This document shows, piece after piece, positions 54,303-64,000 of a stretch of 64,000 nt of DNA; the stretch's first letter is position 1; each line of letters begins with the position of its first letter. The stretch is from Nocardioidaceae bacterium (lineage in GTDB: Bacteria; Actinomycetota; Actinomycetes; Propionibacteriales; Nocardioidaceae), in assembly GCA_040002845.1 (NCBI GenBank), contig JBDUDR010000001.1, positions 8,678-72,677 on the forward strand. The letters run 5' to 3'. The translations under genes and the position numbers were made by a program. Under the pieces are notes generated by a model. It did not search any database, was not told where the DNA came from, and was given only the letters and a program-made list of their open reading frames with translations.

Positions 54303-56339
54303 ATGACGGGCGCCGGTGACCAGCAGGAGCAGCTGACGCTGGTTCGTGCCCGGGTCCGCAAGACCGTCGCGTCGTTCCAACCCGCCGCCGAGCTGCCCAT
54401 CGCCAGGGTCGCTGTAGACATCCCGCTCGCCCACCTCGACCGGTCGTTCGACTACCTGGTGTCAACGTCGCTCGACGAGGTTGCTCAGCCAGGGGTCAGG
54501 GTCAAGGTGCGCTTCGCCGGCAAAGAGCGGTCAGGTTTCTTGCTCGAGCGGGTCGCCAGCACAAATCACGAGGGTCAGCTCGCAGCACTGCGCCGGGTCG
54601 TGTCACCGGAGGTCGTGCTCCGGCCAACCATCGCAGAACTGGCTCGGCTGGTCGCTGACCGCTATGCGGGGACCCGGGCAGACGTCCTGCGGCTCGCCAT
54701 TCCGCCTCGGCACGCCCGGGTGGAGTCCGAGTCGACGGGGCAGTCGCTGCCGCCGCTCGGCGAGCTGAGCAGCGCGACGGTCGCCGGCTGGGCCGACTAC
54801 CGTGCCGGCCGGGCCTTCATCACACGCCTGAGCCGTGGGGAGGCCCCACGCGGCGTGTGGTCGGCATTGCCGGCCACGGACTGGCCGATGGCTCTCGCCC
54901 ATGCGGCGCAGGCTGCCCGGGCCTCGGGACGGGGGGTGATCCTGTGCGTGCCTGACAAGCGCGACATCGCGCGGGCCGACGCCGCCCTCTCGGAGGTTCT
55001 CGGGCCAGACCGGCATGTCACCTTGAGTGCAGATCTGGGTCCGGCCGCCCGGTACCGTGCGTTCCTGGCCATCGCCCGCGGCCGCGTCCAGGTGGTGGTC
55101 GGCAATCGCGCCGCCGTGTTTGCTCCCGTCCACCGCCTTGGGTTGCTCGCGATCTGGGACGACGGTGATGACCTGTTCGCTGAGCCGCGGGCGCCATACC
55201 CGCACACGCGCGAGGTGATGGAGCTGCGGGCCGACCAGTCCGCGGCCGCCATGCTGATAGCCGCCCATGCCCGCACGACCGAGGCTCAGCTGCTGCTTGA
55301 CAGCGGATGGGCGCAGCCGCTGACCGCCGACCGTGTTCTGCTGCGGGCGCGCACGCCCCTTGTCCAGGTCACGGGCGACGTCGACACCGACTTGGCCCGC
55401 GACCCTGGGGCCCGGTCGGCGCGTCTGCCGAGTCGGGCCTTCGAGGCGATCAGGTCAGCGATCGCAGGTGGCCCGGTGCTCGTCTCGACGCCGCGCGGCG
55501 GTTACCTACCCGGGCTTGCCTGCAAGCGCTGCCGTCGACCCGCCGCCTGTTCGCGTTGCACCGGCCCGCTGGCGGTGGACAGCGCCTCCGGTGGGATCAG
55601 CTGCCGGTGGTGCGATGCGAGCGGCGCCGTGTTCCGCTGTCGCCACTGTGGTGGGGAGACGCTATGGGCTCCGGTGGTGGGCACGCGGCGCACCGCCGAG
55701 GAGCTGGGCAGGGCCTTCCCGAAAGTTCTGGTTCGCACCTCAGACGGGGATCACGTCATCGACAGCGTTCCTGGCGAGCCCTGCCTGGTCGTTGCCACGC
55801 CAGGGGCGGAACCCGAAGCGGAGGGCGGCTTTGGCGCGGCGTTGATCCTCGACACCTGGATGACGCTCGCCCGCCCGAACCTGCGGACCTCCGAAGAAGC
55901 GGTCCGGCGCTGGCTCAACGTCGCGGCCCGGGTTCGGCCTGCCTCTCGAGGTGGCCACGTCCTGTTGGTCGGCGACTCGTCGGCGCCAACCCTGCAGGCC
56001 GTGGTCCGCTGGGACCCGGAAGGCTTTGCCGCTCGAGAGCTCGCCGAACGCTCCGCGGCCGGACTCCCGCCAGCCGCGCTGATGGCCACGGTCAGCGGGA
56101 TCCCGAATGCGGTGACCGCATTTCTCGAGGTGATGGACCTGCCAGCCGAGGCTGAGGTGCTCGGACCCGTTCCGGTGCCTTCCCCGGGGTCTGACGAGGA
56201 GCTGGTTCGGGCGGTGATCCGCAGCTCCAGAGAAGACGGTCCAAGCCTGGTCGCTGCCCTGTCGACGGCCCAGTCGATGCGCAGTGCGCGCAAACTCGAG
56301 GCCGTCCGGGTGCAGGTCGACCCATACGACATTGGCTGA
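54303..56339 (+). CDS. priA: primosomal protein N' (PriA) with degenerate ATPase motifs
   Basis: N-terminal 3'-DNA-binding region and a Cys-rich Zn-binding insert (CKRC...CSRC...CRWC...CRHC). Position metK-priA-def-fmt is conserved. Confidence 0.85.
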   Translation: MTGAGDQQEQLTLVRARVRKTVASFQPAAELPIARVAVDIPLAHLDRSFDYLVSTSLDEVAQPGVRVKVRFAGKERSGFLLERVASTNHEGQLAALRRVVSPEVVLRPTIAELARLVADRYAGTRADVLRLAIPPRHARVESESTGQSLPPLGELSSATVAGWADYRAGRAFITRLSRGEAPRGVWSALPATDWPMALAHAAQAARASGRGVILCVPDKRDIARADAALSEVLGPDRHVTLSADLGPAARYRAFLAIARGRVQVVVGNRAAVFAPVHRLGLLAIWDDGDDLFAEPRAPYPHTREVMELRADQSAAAMLIAAHARTTEAQLLLDSGWAQPLTADRVLLRARTPLVQVTGDVDTDLARDPGARSARLPSRAFEAIRSAIAGGPVLVSTPRGGYLPGLACKRCRRPAACSRCTGPLAVDSASGGISCRWCDASGAVFRCRHCGGETLWAPVVGTRRTAEELGRAFPKVLVRTSDGDHVIDSVPGEPCLVVATPGAEPEAEGGFGAALILDTWMTLARPNLRTSEEAVRRWLNVAARVRPASRGGHVLLVGDSSAPTLQAVVRWDPEGFAARELAERSAAGLPPAALMATVSGIPNAVTAFLEVMDLPAEAEVLGPVPVPSPGSDEELVRAVIRSSREDGPSLVAALSTAQSMRSARKLEAVRVQVDPYDIG

Positions 56340-56400
56340 TCGCACGCTACGCCGACATAGAATGTTCGGCGTTCGCGCCACCCCCATCAGGAGCAACCGT

Positions 56401-56946
56401 GTGACCGTGAGACCGATCCGCCTGTTCGGTGACCCGATCCTGCGCACCAAGGCCGAACCGGTGGTGGACTTCGACACCGAGATACGCCAGCTGGTCGGCG
56501 ACCTGACGGACACGATGCTCGACGCGCCGGGAACCGGCCTCGCGGCTCCCCAGATCGGGGTGGGCCTACGGGTGTTCACCTACGACGTCGAGGAGGAAGT
56601 CGGGCACCTCATCAACCCGGTGCTGTCGTTGTCTGATGACGAGCAGGACGGCCCGGAGGGCTGCCTGTCGATCCCCGAGCTCAACTTCGACTGCCTGCGG
56701 GCGGCCAGCGTGGTGGCTCGCGGGTTCGACCAGCACGGTGAGCCCATCGAGATCGCAGGTTCAGACCTGCTGGCCCGTTGCATCCAGCATGAGACCGACC
56801 ATCTCGACGGCATCTTGTTCGTCGACCGACTCGACAAGGCGACCCGCAAGGCGGCGATGAAGGCGATTCGCGAGGCCGACTGGTACGGCGAGCCGGCACT
56901 TCAGGTCAAGCCCTCGCCGCACCCGACGTTCGGCCGGGGAATGTAG
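56401..56946 (+). CDS. def: peptide deformylase
   Basis: ORF 56284..56946. GTG 56401 follows CAGGAGC. EGCLSIP and HETDHLDG motifs are present. Confidence 0.9.
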   Translation: MTVRPIRLFGDPILRTKAEPVVDFDTEIRQLVGDLTDTMLDAPGTGLAAPQIGVGLRVFTYDVEEEVGHLINPVLSLSDDEQDGPEGCLSIPELNFDCLRAASVVARGFDQHGEPIEIAGSDLLARCIQHETDHLDGILFVDRLDKATRKAAMKAIREADWYGEPALQVKPSPHPTFGRGM

Positions 56947-56949
56947 GGG

Positions 56950-57888
56950 ATGCGCATCGTCTTCGCCGGCACTCCCGATGCGGCGTTGCCCGCTCTCGAC
57001 GCGCTGTTGGAGAGCCGGCACGAGGTCTTGGGAGTCGTGACCAGGCCGGATGCCCCGGCGGGGCGTGGACGTAGGGTCGCCTCCTCACCGGTGACCCGGC
57101 GGGCAACAGTCGCGGGGATCGAGGTGCTCCGCCCCGATTCACCCAAGGACCCGGAGTTCCTCGGTTGGTTGAAGGAGGTGTCTCCGGACTGCTGCGCTGC
57201 TGTCGCGTACGGCGCCTTGCTTCCCGCCAATGCCCTGGAGATCCCGCGCGTGGGCTGGGTCAACCTGCACTTCTCGCTGCTCCCGGCCTGGCGTGGAGCT
57301 GCGCCGGTCCAGCGCGCACTGATCGCCGGGGACGAGATCACCGGCGCCAGCACCTTTCGGATCGTCCCCGAGCTGGACGCCGGTCCCGTTTTCGGCGTGC
57401 TCACCGAGCGGATCCGGGCCGACGACACGGCCGGGACGCTCACGCGGCGACTTGCCGAGCACGGTGCCCGTCTGCTCGTCTCCACCCTGGATGGGATCGA
57501 GGAAGGCTCCTTGCAGCCGCGTGAGCAAGACCACCGGGGCGCATCGTACGCCCCCAAGCTGACTGCCGACGAGGCGCAGATCCCGTGGCGTCAGCCGGCG
57601 CATGTGGTGGATCGGGTGATCCGCGGATGCACGCCCGCACCGGGTGCCTGGACGACCAACAGCGATCTGCGGCTGAAGATCGGACCGAGCAAACCACGAG
57701 CCGACGTGCTGGACCTGACTCCTGGCCGGCTGCGCGTCTCGAAGTCCGACGTTCTGGTCGGCACCGGCACGCATGCCGTCGCGTTGACGACTGTGCAGCG
57801 TGAGGGCAAGAAGCCGATGCACGCGGTCGACTGGGCCCGCGGGCTGCGGTCGGGTCCGGGGTTGGTCCTCGGGTCGCGCTCGCCGTGA
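56950..57888 (+). CDS. fmt: methionyl-tRNA formyltransferase
   Basis: MRIVFAGTP and [15 protein letters not shown] are present. Confidence 0.95.
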   Translation: MRIVFAGTPDAALPALDALLESRHEVLGVVTRPDAPAGRGRRVASSPVTRRATVAGIEVLRPDSPKDPEFLGWLKEVSPDCCAAVAYGALLPANALEIPRVGWVNLHFSLLPAWRGAAPVQRALIAGDEITGASTFRIVPELDAGPVFGVLTERIRADDTAGTLTRRLAEHGARLLVSTLDGIEEGSLQPREQDHRGASYAPKLTADEAQIPWRQPAHVVDRVIRGCTPAPGAWTTNSDLRLKIGPSKPRADVLDLTPGRLRVSKSDVLVGTGTHAVALTTVQREGKKPMHAVDWARGLRSGPGLVLGSRSP

Positions 57889-59246
57889 ACCGGCCAGGGG
57901 CGCGTGTCGACCCTCCGAGAAGGGTGGCCTACGACGTCCTGAGCGCCGTTGACGAGCGGGATGCGTACGCCAATCTCGTGCTCCCGGGCCTGCTGCGCAG
58001 CCGCGAGCTGGCGGGTCGCGACGCGGCCTTCGGCGTCGAGCTCGCCAACGGGACGTTGCGCCGGCGTGGCACGTACGACGCTGTGCTTGCCCGGTGCCTA
58101 CGGAAGGGCCTCGAGAGTGTGGAGCCGCCGGTCCTGCGGGTGCTGCAGCTTGGAACGCATCAGATCCTGTCGATGCGCGTGCCGGCGCACGCGGCCGTTT
58201 CGACCAGTGTGGACCTGGTCCGCGAAGTGGTCGGCGAGCGAGCGGTCGGCTTGGTCAACGCGGTTCTGCGGCGGGTGGCCGAGGACGATCTAGCGGGTTG
58301 GCTCGACGGGCTCACGGGCGAGGCCGGGGAGGTGGCCGCACTGGCCATCCGCCACGCGCACCCCGAGTGGATCGTGAGGGAGTTCGAGGCCGTTCTTCAG
58401 GGCGACCGGGAGCAGCTCCAGGCCTTGCTGGCAGTCGACAACGTGGCGCCGGCGGTAACTCTCGCGGCGCGCCCCGGCCGCTCCACGGTGGCCGAGCTGA
58501 CCGCGGGGGGCGGCGTCGCCGGCCGTTGGTCGCGGTACGCGGTCGAGCTGCCTGCCGGCGATCCCGGAGCCATCGGCGCCGTCGCCGAAGGACGAGCGGG
58601 TGTGCAGGACGAAGGCTCGCAGCTGGTGGCGCTGGCCCTGGCAGCCGCTGGCGTCGACGGCGACGACCTACGCTGGCTGGACCTGTGTGCAGGTCCCGGT
58701 GGCAAGGCGGCGCTGCTCGCCGCGCTGGCCGCACCGCGCTCGGCTGTGCTGCTCGCCGTTGACCGCAAGCAGCACAGAGCGCGGCTGGTTCAGGCCAACT
58801 TGCGGGGTGCCGGCGGTGCCTTGGGTGTGGTGGTGGCCGACGGCACCAGGCCCGGGTGGCACCCGGCTGCGTTCGACCGGGTCCTCGCCGATGTCCCCTG
58901 CACGGGTCTGGGTGCTCTCCGGCGCCGGCCCGAGACTCGGTGGCGGCGTCAGCCCGGCGACCTCGATGCCTTGGTGCCTCTGCAGCGAGACCTGCTGCGG
59001 GCGGCTGTCGAATCGGTGCGCCCTGGCGGAGTGGTCGGCTACGCCACGTGTTCGCCGCTGTCGGCTGAGACCCGTGGCGTGGTTGGAGCGGTTCTCGAGG
59101 AACGCACGGACCTGGTGGAGGAGGATGCGCGCCTGTTGCTGCCCCACGTGCCGGATCTCGGGCCGGGTCCCCATCTGCAACTGTGGCCGCACCTACACGG
59201 CACCGACGCGATGTTCCTGTCCGTGCTCCGACGCACCGCTGGGTAG
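57885..59246 (+). CDS. rsmB: 16S rRNA (cytosine967-C5)-methyltransferase RsmB/Sun family
   Basis: NusB-like N-domain, SAM motif [10 protein letters not shown] and catalytic Cys motifs [15 protein letters not shown] and YATCS. Confidence 0.85.
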   Translation: MNRPGARVDPPRRVAYDVLSAVDERDAYANLVLPGLLRSRELAGRDAAFGVELANGTLRRRGTYDAVLARCLRKGLESVEPPVLRVLQLGTHQILSMRVPAHAAVSTSVDLVREVVGERAVGLVNAVLRRVAEDDLAGWLDGLTGEAGEVAALAIRHAHPEWIVREFEAVLQGDREQLQALLAVDNVAPAVTLAARPGRSTVAELTAGGGVAGRWSRYAVELPAGDPGAIGAVAEGRAGVQDEGSQLVALALAAAGVDGDDLRWLDLCAGPGGKAALLAALAAPRSAVLLAVDRKQHRARLVQANLRGAGGALGVVVADGTRPGWHPAAFDRVLADVPCTGLGALRRRPETRWRRQPGDLDALVPLQRDLLRAAVESVRPGGVVGYATCSPLSAETRGVVGAVLEERTDLVEEDARLLLPHVPDLGPGPHLQLWPHLHGTDAMFLSVLRRTAG

Positions 59247-59258
59247 GATCGTCGGGCG

Positions 59259-59951
59259 ATGGCCATCCAGATCTCACCCAGCATCCTCAGCGCCGACTTC
59301 GCCGATCTGGCTGCGCAGGCACGGGCGGTGCGCAACGCGGACTGGCTCCACATCGACGTGATGGACAACCACTTCGTCCCCAACCTGACGATCGGCGTGC
59401 CCGTGGTCGAGTCGCTGGCCAAGGCGGTCTCCACTCCGATGGACTGCCACCTGATGATCGACGACCCCGACCGCTGGGCACCTGCCTACGTCGAGGCGGG
59501 CGCCGCGAGTGTCACGTTCCACGTCGAGGCGGCGCACGCCCCCGTCCGGCTCGCGCGTGCGCTGCGTTCGCTCGGAGCGCGGGTGGGGATGGCGCTCAAA
59601 CCAGCGACGGCGATCGACCCGTACGAAGATCTCCTGGGCGAGCTCGACATGGTCCTCGTGATGACTGTGGAGCCGGGCTTCAGCGGACAGCAGTTCCTCG
59701 ACGTGTGCCTGCCGAAGATCCGGCGGACCAGGGAGCTGTTCGACAAGCACGGGCTCGAGTTGTGGCTGCAGGTGGACGGTGGAGTCTCGGCCGAGACCAT
59801 CGAGCGCTGCGCCCAGGCGGGTGCCGATGTCTTCGTCGCCGGATCCGCGGTGTTCGAGGCGAGTGATCCTGGCGCGATGGTCGACTCGCTCCGTGCTCAA
59901 GCGCGGTCTGCCGCGCTGCCCGGTGACACCCGTTCGCGTGGTGCCGGCTAG
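59259..59951 (+). CDS. rpe: ribulose-phosphate 3-epimerase
   Basis: [14 protein letters not shown] and VDGGV motifs. Confidence 0.9.
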   Translation: MAIQISPSILSADFADLAAQARAVRNADWLHIDVMDNHFVPNLTIGVPVVESLAKAVSTPMDCHLMIDDPDRWAPAYVEAGAASVTFHVEAAHAPVRLARALRSLGARVGMALKPATAIDPYEDLLGELDMVLVMTVEPGFSGQQFLDVCLPKIRRTRELFDKHGLELWLQVDGGVSAETIERCAQAGADVFVAGSAVFEASDPGAMVDSLRAQARSAALPGDTRSRGAG

Positions 59952-60019
59952 GGACGGACGCCTTGCCGATGCCGACGGTCAGCGCACACCACGGTACGAT
60001 CCAGAGGTACGAACAAGCA

Positions 60020-60157
60020 CTCGCGTGCTCCGGGGTCGGTGAAACTCCGAACCGGCGGTGATAGTCCGCGACCCGGTCGTGACACGTCTGTCGTGACCGG
60101 TTGACCTGGCGAAATTCCAGGACCGACGGTCAAAGTCCGGATGGGAGGATGCACGCG
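60020..60157 (+). promoter_or_regulatory. FMN riboswitch (RFN element)
   Basis: Conserved cores GGGGUCGGUGAAACUCCGAACCGGCGGUGAUAGUCCGCGACC and GACCUGGCGAAAUUCCAGGACCGACGGUCAAAGUCCGGAUGGGAG, with P1 CGUGC/GCACG. It lies upstream of ribD. Confidence 0.9.
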
Positions 60158-60214
60158 GCGATGTGGCCGTCGTCCTGCGTCGGGCCGGTGGGAACCCACC
60201 GACAGCGCACGACG

Positions 60215-60234
60215 GGCGACCGAGTCGCCGTTTT
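60215..60234 (+). terminator. riboswitch expression-platform terminator hairpin
   Basis: GGCGAC-CGA-GTCGCC followed by GTTTTC, between the aptamer and the ribD start. Confidence 0.5.
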
Positions 60235-60277
60235 CGGTCCGCCCCGGAGTCCGCCTGCCGGATGAAGGGGCGCCGTC

Positions 60278-61327
60278 ATGGTCAGCCAGCTCGAGATCGC
60301 CGCGATGCGACGTGCGCTCGAGCTCGCCGCCAGTCCGGATGCTCCCCTCGGTCCCAACCCCCGGGTGGGATGCGTACTGCTGGATCAGGCCGGAAACACG
60401 GTCGCCGAGGGCTATCACCGAGGCGCGGGGCGTGCTCACGCCGAGATCGAGGCGCTGCAGCGAGCCGGCGCCGCCGCCGCCGGGGCGACCGCGGTGGTGA
60501 CACTCGAGCCGTGCGACCACACAGGACGTACGGGCCCCTGCTCGCTGGCGTTGATCGCGGCCGGCGTCCGGCGCGTCGTGTACGCCCAGTCCGACGGCAG
60601 TCCGGCGGCCCACGGGGGAGCCGAGCGGCTGCGCTCGGCAGCGATCGATGTGGAGAGCGGCGTGCTCGAGAAGCAGGCCAGAGAGCTCAACCATGTCTGG
60701 ACGTTCGCCACCGAGCATCGCCGGCCGTTCGTCACCTGGAAGTTCGCCGCCACCCTCGACGGCCGCAGCTCGGCGGCCGACGGGTCGACCCGGTGGATCA
60801 CGTCCGAGCAGGCGCGCGCGGACGTCCATCGGCTGCGAGCGGAGGCCGACGCGATCCTGGTCGGCACCGGCACGGCACTTGCGGACGACCCGCGGTTGAC
60901 CGTGCGCCACGACAGCCACCGTCCGCACGAGCAGCAACCGTTGCGGGTAGTGATGGGCATGCGCGACCTCCCGTCGACGTCGCGGGTCCTCGACGCGGCA
61001 GCGGAGACGCTGCACCTGCGCAGCCGTGATGTCACGAAGGCGCTCGCCGAGTTGTTCCAACGAGGTCGTCAGCACGTTTGGTTAGAAGGCGGCCCGACCG
61101 TTGCCGGCGCGTTTTGGCGAGCACGGCTCGTCGACAGGGTGGTCGCCTACCTCGCACCCAGCCTACTGGGCAACGGGGCGGCAGCGCTGACAGATGCTGG
61201 TGTCGGAACGGTTTCCGGGGCGATTCGGCTCGATATCGACGACGTGAGCCGCGTCGGTCCCGACCTGCGCATCGTGGCCCACCCACAATCTCGACCACAG
61301 GTTCAACGATCACTGGGCAAGGACTGA
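60278..61327 (+). CDS. ribD: bifunctional diaminohydroxyphosphoribosylaminopyrimidine deaminase / 5-amino-6-(5-phosphoribosylamino)uracil reductase
   Basis: Deaminase Zn motif HAEIEAL...PCDHTGRTGPC and a reductase C-domain. Confidence 0.9.
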   Translation: MVSQLEIAAMRRALELAASPDAPLGPNPRVGCVLLDQAGNTVAEGYHRGAGRAHAEIEALQRAGAAAAGATAVVTLEPCDHTGRTGPCSLALIAAGVRRVVYAQSDGSPAAHGGAERLRSAAIDVESGVLEKQARELNHVWTFATEHRRPFVTWKFAATLDGRSSAADGSTRWITSEQARADVHRLRAEADAILVGTGTALADDPRLTVRHDSHRPHEQQPLRVVMGMRDLPSTSRVLDAAAETLHLRSRDVTKALAELFQRGRQHVWLEGGPTVAGAFWRARLVDRVVAYLAPSLLGNGAAALTDAGVGTVSGAIRLDIDDVSRVGPDLRIVAHPQSRPQVQRSLGKD

Positions 61328-61332
61328 TCAGC

Positions 61333-61956
61333 ATGTTCACCGGCATCGTCGAGGAGCTCGGTCAGGTCGTCGCCATCGACGGCGTCGGGGACTCCGTGAG
61401 GCTGCGCGTACACGGGCCGTTGGCCACCTCCGACGTGGCGGCGGGTGACTCGATAGCAGTCAACGGTTGCTGCCTGACGGTCGTCGACTCACGCGGTGGC
61501 GCCTTCTCCGCCGACGTCATGAAGGAGACCCTGGACAGGACGTCGTTGGGCGGGTTGAGGCCGGGCGCGCCGGTCAACCTCGAGCGAGCCGCGACGGTCG
61601 GCGCTCGGCTCGGCGGACACCTCGTGCAAGGTCACGTCGACGGGACGGGGGTGATCTCCTCACGCACCCCATCTGAGCACTGGGAGCTCATCTGGGTCGA
61701 GATTCCTGCCGCACTGACCAGATATGTTGCCGTCAAGGGCTCCGTGGCGGTGGACGGTGTGTCGCTCACGGTAGCCGACCTACACGACGGTGAGCGGCCG
61801 TCCTTCAGCGTCGGGCTCATCCCCACCACACTCGAGCGCACGACTCTCGGCACCAAGACGATCGGCGACGCGGTAAACCTCGAGGTCGACGTGGTCGCGA
61901 AGTACGTCGAACGGTTGCTGGCCGCGGCGCACGGACCCAGAGGGGACGCCGCATGA
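61333..61956 (+). CDS. ribE: riboflavin synthase (alpha subunit)
   Basis: ORF 61078..61956 is 5'-extended. ATG 61333 gives MFTGIVEELG, and the second half repeats the lumazine-binding fold. Confidence 0.9.
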   Translation: MFTGIVEELGQVVAIDGVGDSVRLRVHGPLATSDVAAGDSIAVNGCCLTVVDSRGGAFSADVMKETLDRTSLGGLRPGAPVNLERAATVGARLGGHLVQGHVDGTGVISSRTPSEHWELIWVEIPAALTRYVAVKGSVAVDGVSLTVADLHDGERPSFSVGLIPTTLERTTLGTKTIGDAVNLEVDVVAKYVERLLAAAHGPRGDAA

Positions 61957-62669
61957 GTGTGTTCGCATCGCTGTACGAGGCCCACCTGACCATCGCCGGC
62001 CATGACATCACCTGGCGCGAGATCGTGGGCAACGCCTTCGGGCTGGCCTCCGCGATCGGGGGGATGCGGCGCCGTGTCTGGACATGGCCGGTGGGCATCG
62101 TCGGCAACGTCTTGCTGTTCACGGTATTTCTCGGCACCGCGATCGGCGGACAGGGCGCCCCTCTGTTCGGCCAGGCAGCCCGGCAGGTCTTCTTCGTGGT
62201 GGTGAGCGTCTACGGATGGCAGCGGTGGCGGGCGACGCGCTCAGCCAATGAGCAGACTCCGGGACGTGATGCGCCCGCGGTGCGGCCGCGGTGGGCCACC
62301 ACGCGGGAGCGGCTGGGCTATCTTTCCGCGGCTGCGCTACTTGTCGTTTTCTGCTGGTGGGTGTTCCGGGCCATCGGAGCCGGCTGGCCAGCCCCGTGGT
62401 GGTACTACGTGGCAGACGCGTGGATCTTCGTCGGCTCCATGCTCGCCACTTTCGCGATGGCCCGGGGCTGGGTCGACTTCTGGCTGGTATGGATTGCCGT
62501 CGACCTGGTAGGTGTGCCCGAATTGTTGCATTTCCACTATTATCCATCCGCCGTTTTGTACGGAATCTATACAGGATTCGTGATCTGGGGATTCACTGTC
62601 TGGCTCCGGGTCGCGCGGCGCGAGCGCCCGGTCCTGGGCGGCGGAGCATCCGAGGCGGTGAGCGTGTGA
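61953..62669 (+). CDS. ribM: PnuC-family transporter embedded in the rib operon (RibM/PnuX-like riboflavin transporter)
   Basis: Polytopic membrane protein with PnuC-like W/G-rich helices. The position between ribE and ribBA matches RibM/PnuX of Streptomyces and Corynebacterium. Confidence 0.7.
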   Translation: MSVFASLYEAHLTIAGHDITWREIVGNAFGLASAIGGMRRRVWTWPVGIVGNVLLFTVFLGTAIGGQGAPLFGQAARQVFFVVVSVYGWQRWRATRSANEQTPGRDAPAVRPRWATTRERLGYLSAAALLVVFCWWVFRAIGAGWPAPWWYYVADAWIFVGSMLATFAMARGWVDFWLVWIAVDLVGVPELLHFHYYPSAVLYGIYTGFVIWGFTVWLRVARRERPVLGGGASEAVSV

Positions 62670-63928
62670 GCGCCGATCAGCCGCCTGTGGACAGCGTTCA
62701 GCGGGCCATCTCCGACATCAAAGCCGGCAAGCCCGTGGTGGTCGTCGACGCGGAGGATCGGGAGAACGAGGGCGACCTGGTGTTCGCGGCGAGCAAGACC
62801 ACCGCGACGCTGATGGCGTTCATGATCCGCCATTCCAGCGGTGTGATCTGCGTCCCCCTGACCGGAGCAACGCTGGACCGGCTCGGGATCCCGTTGATGA
62901 CGCCGCACAACCGCGAGCGCATGCGCACCGCCTACACCGTGTCTGTCGACGCGCGTGACGGGATCACGACGGGAATCTCCGCCGCGGACCGGGCCCACAC
63001 GGTTCGCGTGCTTGCCGACTCTGCGACCGAGCCACCCGAGCTGGTGCAGCCCGGTCACGTGTTCCCCCTGCGTTACCGCGAGGGAGGCGTGCTGGTCCGG
63101 CCCGGCCACACCGAGGCGTCGGTGGATCTGGCTCGGCTGGCAGGCCTGACGCCAGCGGGCGTGATCTCCGAACTCGTCAACGACGACGGGACCATGAAAC
63201 GCGGCCAACAGCTGCGCGAATTCTGTGACGAGCACGGGCTCGCGCTGATCTCGATCGCCGACCTGATTCGCTATGTCCGGGTGCACGAGCGTCAGGTCGA
63301 GCGGGTGGCCGAGACCAGCTTGCCCACCTCACATGGAACATTCAGGGCGTTCGGCTACCGGAACACCGTGGACCATTCCGAGCACATCGCCCTCGCGTAC
63401 GGCGACATCGGAGATGGCAAGCGGGTACTGGCCCGGGTGCACTCCGAATGCCTCACCGGAGACGTGTTCGGTTCGCAACGGTGTGACTGCGGTGCCCAGC
63501 TCGACGCCGCGCTGTCTGCCGTGGTGGCCGAAGGGCGTGGGGTCGTGGTCTACCTGCGCGGCCATGAGGGCAGGGGGATCGGCCTGCTGCACAAGCTCCG
63601 GGCGTACACCCTGCAAGATGCAGGCCACGACACGGTCGACGCCAACCTCGAGCTCGGACTTCCCGCCGACTCGCGCGACTACGGCACCGGCGCCCAGCTG
63701 CTCATTGACCTGGGGGTCACCTCGGTCCGGCTGCTCACCAACAACCCTGCCAAGCAGACCGGCTTGCAGGCGTACGGCATCGAGGTCGTGGAACGAGTGC
63801 CGATGCGGATCGCGATGAACGAGAACAACGCACGCTACCTGCAGACCAAACGCGACCGGATGGGCCACGACCTGCCATACCTCGGCGACCCGGGGCAACC
63901 TGCTCCGGCGCCCGAGGCGAGCGCATGA
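62666..63928 (+). CDS. ribBA: bifunctional 3,4-dihydroxy-2-butanone-4-phosphate synthase / GTP cyclohydrolase II
   Basis: ORF 62291..63928 is 5'-extended. GTG 62666 overlaps the ribM stop. [15 protein letters not shown] (RibB) and [16 protein letters not shown] (RibA) are present. Confidence 0.9.
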   Translation: MSADQPPVDSVQRAISDIKAGKPVVVVDAEDRENEGDLVFAASKTTATLMAFMIRHSSGVICVPLTGATLDRLGIPLMTPHNRERMRTAYTVSVDARDGITTGISAADRAHTVRVLADSATEPPELVQPGHVFPLRYREGGVLVRPGHTEASVDLARLAGLTPAGVISELVNDDGTMKRGQQLREFCDEHGLALISIADLIRYVRVHERQVERVAETSLPTSHGTFRAFGYRNTVDHSEHIALAYGDIGDGKRVLARVHSECLTGDVFGSQRCDCGAQLDAALSAVVAEGRGVVVYLRGHEGRGIGLLHKLRAYTLQDAGHDTVDANLELGLPADSRDYGTGAQLLIDLGVTSVRLLTNNPAKQTGLQAYGIEVVERVPMRIAMNENNARYLQTKRDRMGHDLPYLGDPGQPAPAPEASA

Positions 63929-64000
63929 GCGGCCGGGGAGCGCCACCCCCGGCACGGCTGGACGCCAGCCGGCTGCGGGTGGCCGTGGTGGCGGCCTCCT
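63925..64000 (+). CDS. ribH: 6,7-dimethyl-8-ribityllumazine synthase (5' end, runs off window)
   Basis: ATG 63925 overlaps the rib[30 protein letters not shown] fits the lumazine synthase N-terminus and operon position. Confidence 0.6.
   Translation, partial: MSGRGAPPPARLDASRLRVAVVAAS

Overview
High-GC Actinomycetota chromosomal core region (about 70% G+C in hand-counted samples). It is almost entirely + strand and tightly packed, with many 1-4 nt start/stop overlaps. Gene order: pdxT (3' end)-yebC-ruvCAB-yajC-secDF-apt-rel | DUF559-type gene, DUF349 gene and a small membrane protein (- strand) | MBL hydrolase-hisS-aspS | 5-gene peptide-type ABC importer | rarA, two small proteins, alaS-ruvX-mltG-aroE | Tat-signal BBE-like FAD oxidase, prepilin peptidase | aroC-aroK-aroB-aroQ | membrane protein (-), pepQ-efp-nusB | bldD (-) | pyrR-pyrB-pyrC-carA-carB-pyrK-pyrD-pyrF | lipoprotein, mihF-gmk-rpoZ-coaBC-metK-priA-def-fmt-rsmB-rpe | FMN riboswitch-ribD-ribE-ribM(pnuX-like)-ribBA-ribH (5' end). 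I recognised no rRNA, tRNA, CRISPR, IS or prophage genes. I do not see a convincing novel multi-gene system such as a defence island or BGC. The observations most worth follow-up are: (1) a 21-bp tandem-repeat element I do not recognise, present at four loci (13 units), always sense-oriented to and within 0-8 nt of the stop codon of an adjacent gene, and once fused into the aroQ ORF; (2) a lower-GC wHTH/DUF559 nuclease-fold gene bracketed by two of these arrays in inverted orientation; (3) a ~1.15 kb internal tract of carB whose protein signatures and codon usage look proteobacterial while both flanks look actinobacterial, meaning either a mosaic gene or an assembly chimera. Start codons were re-assigned where the ORF track is clearly 5'-extended.
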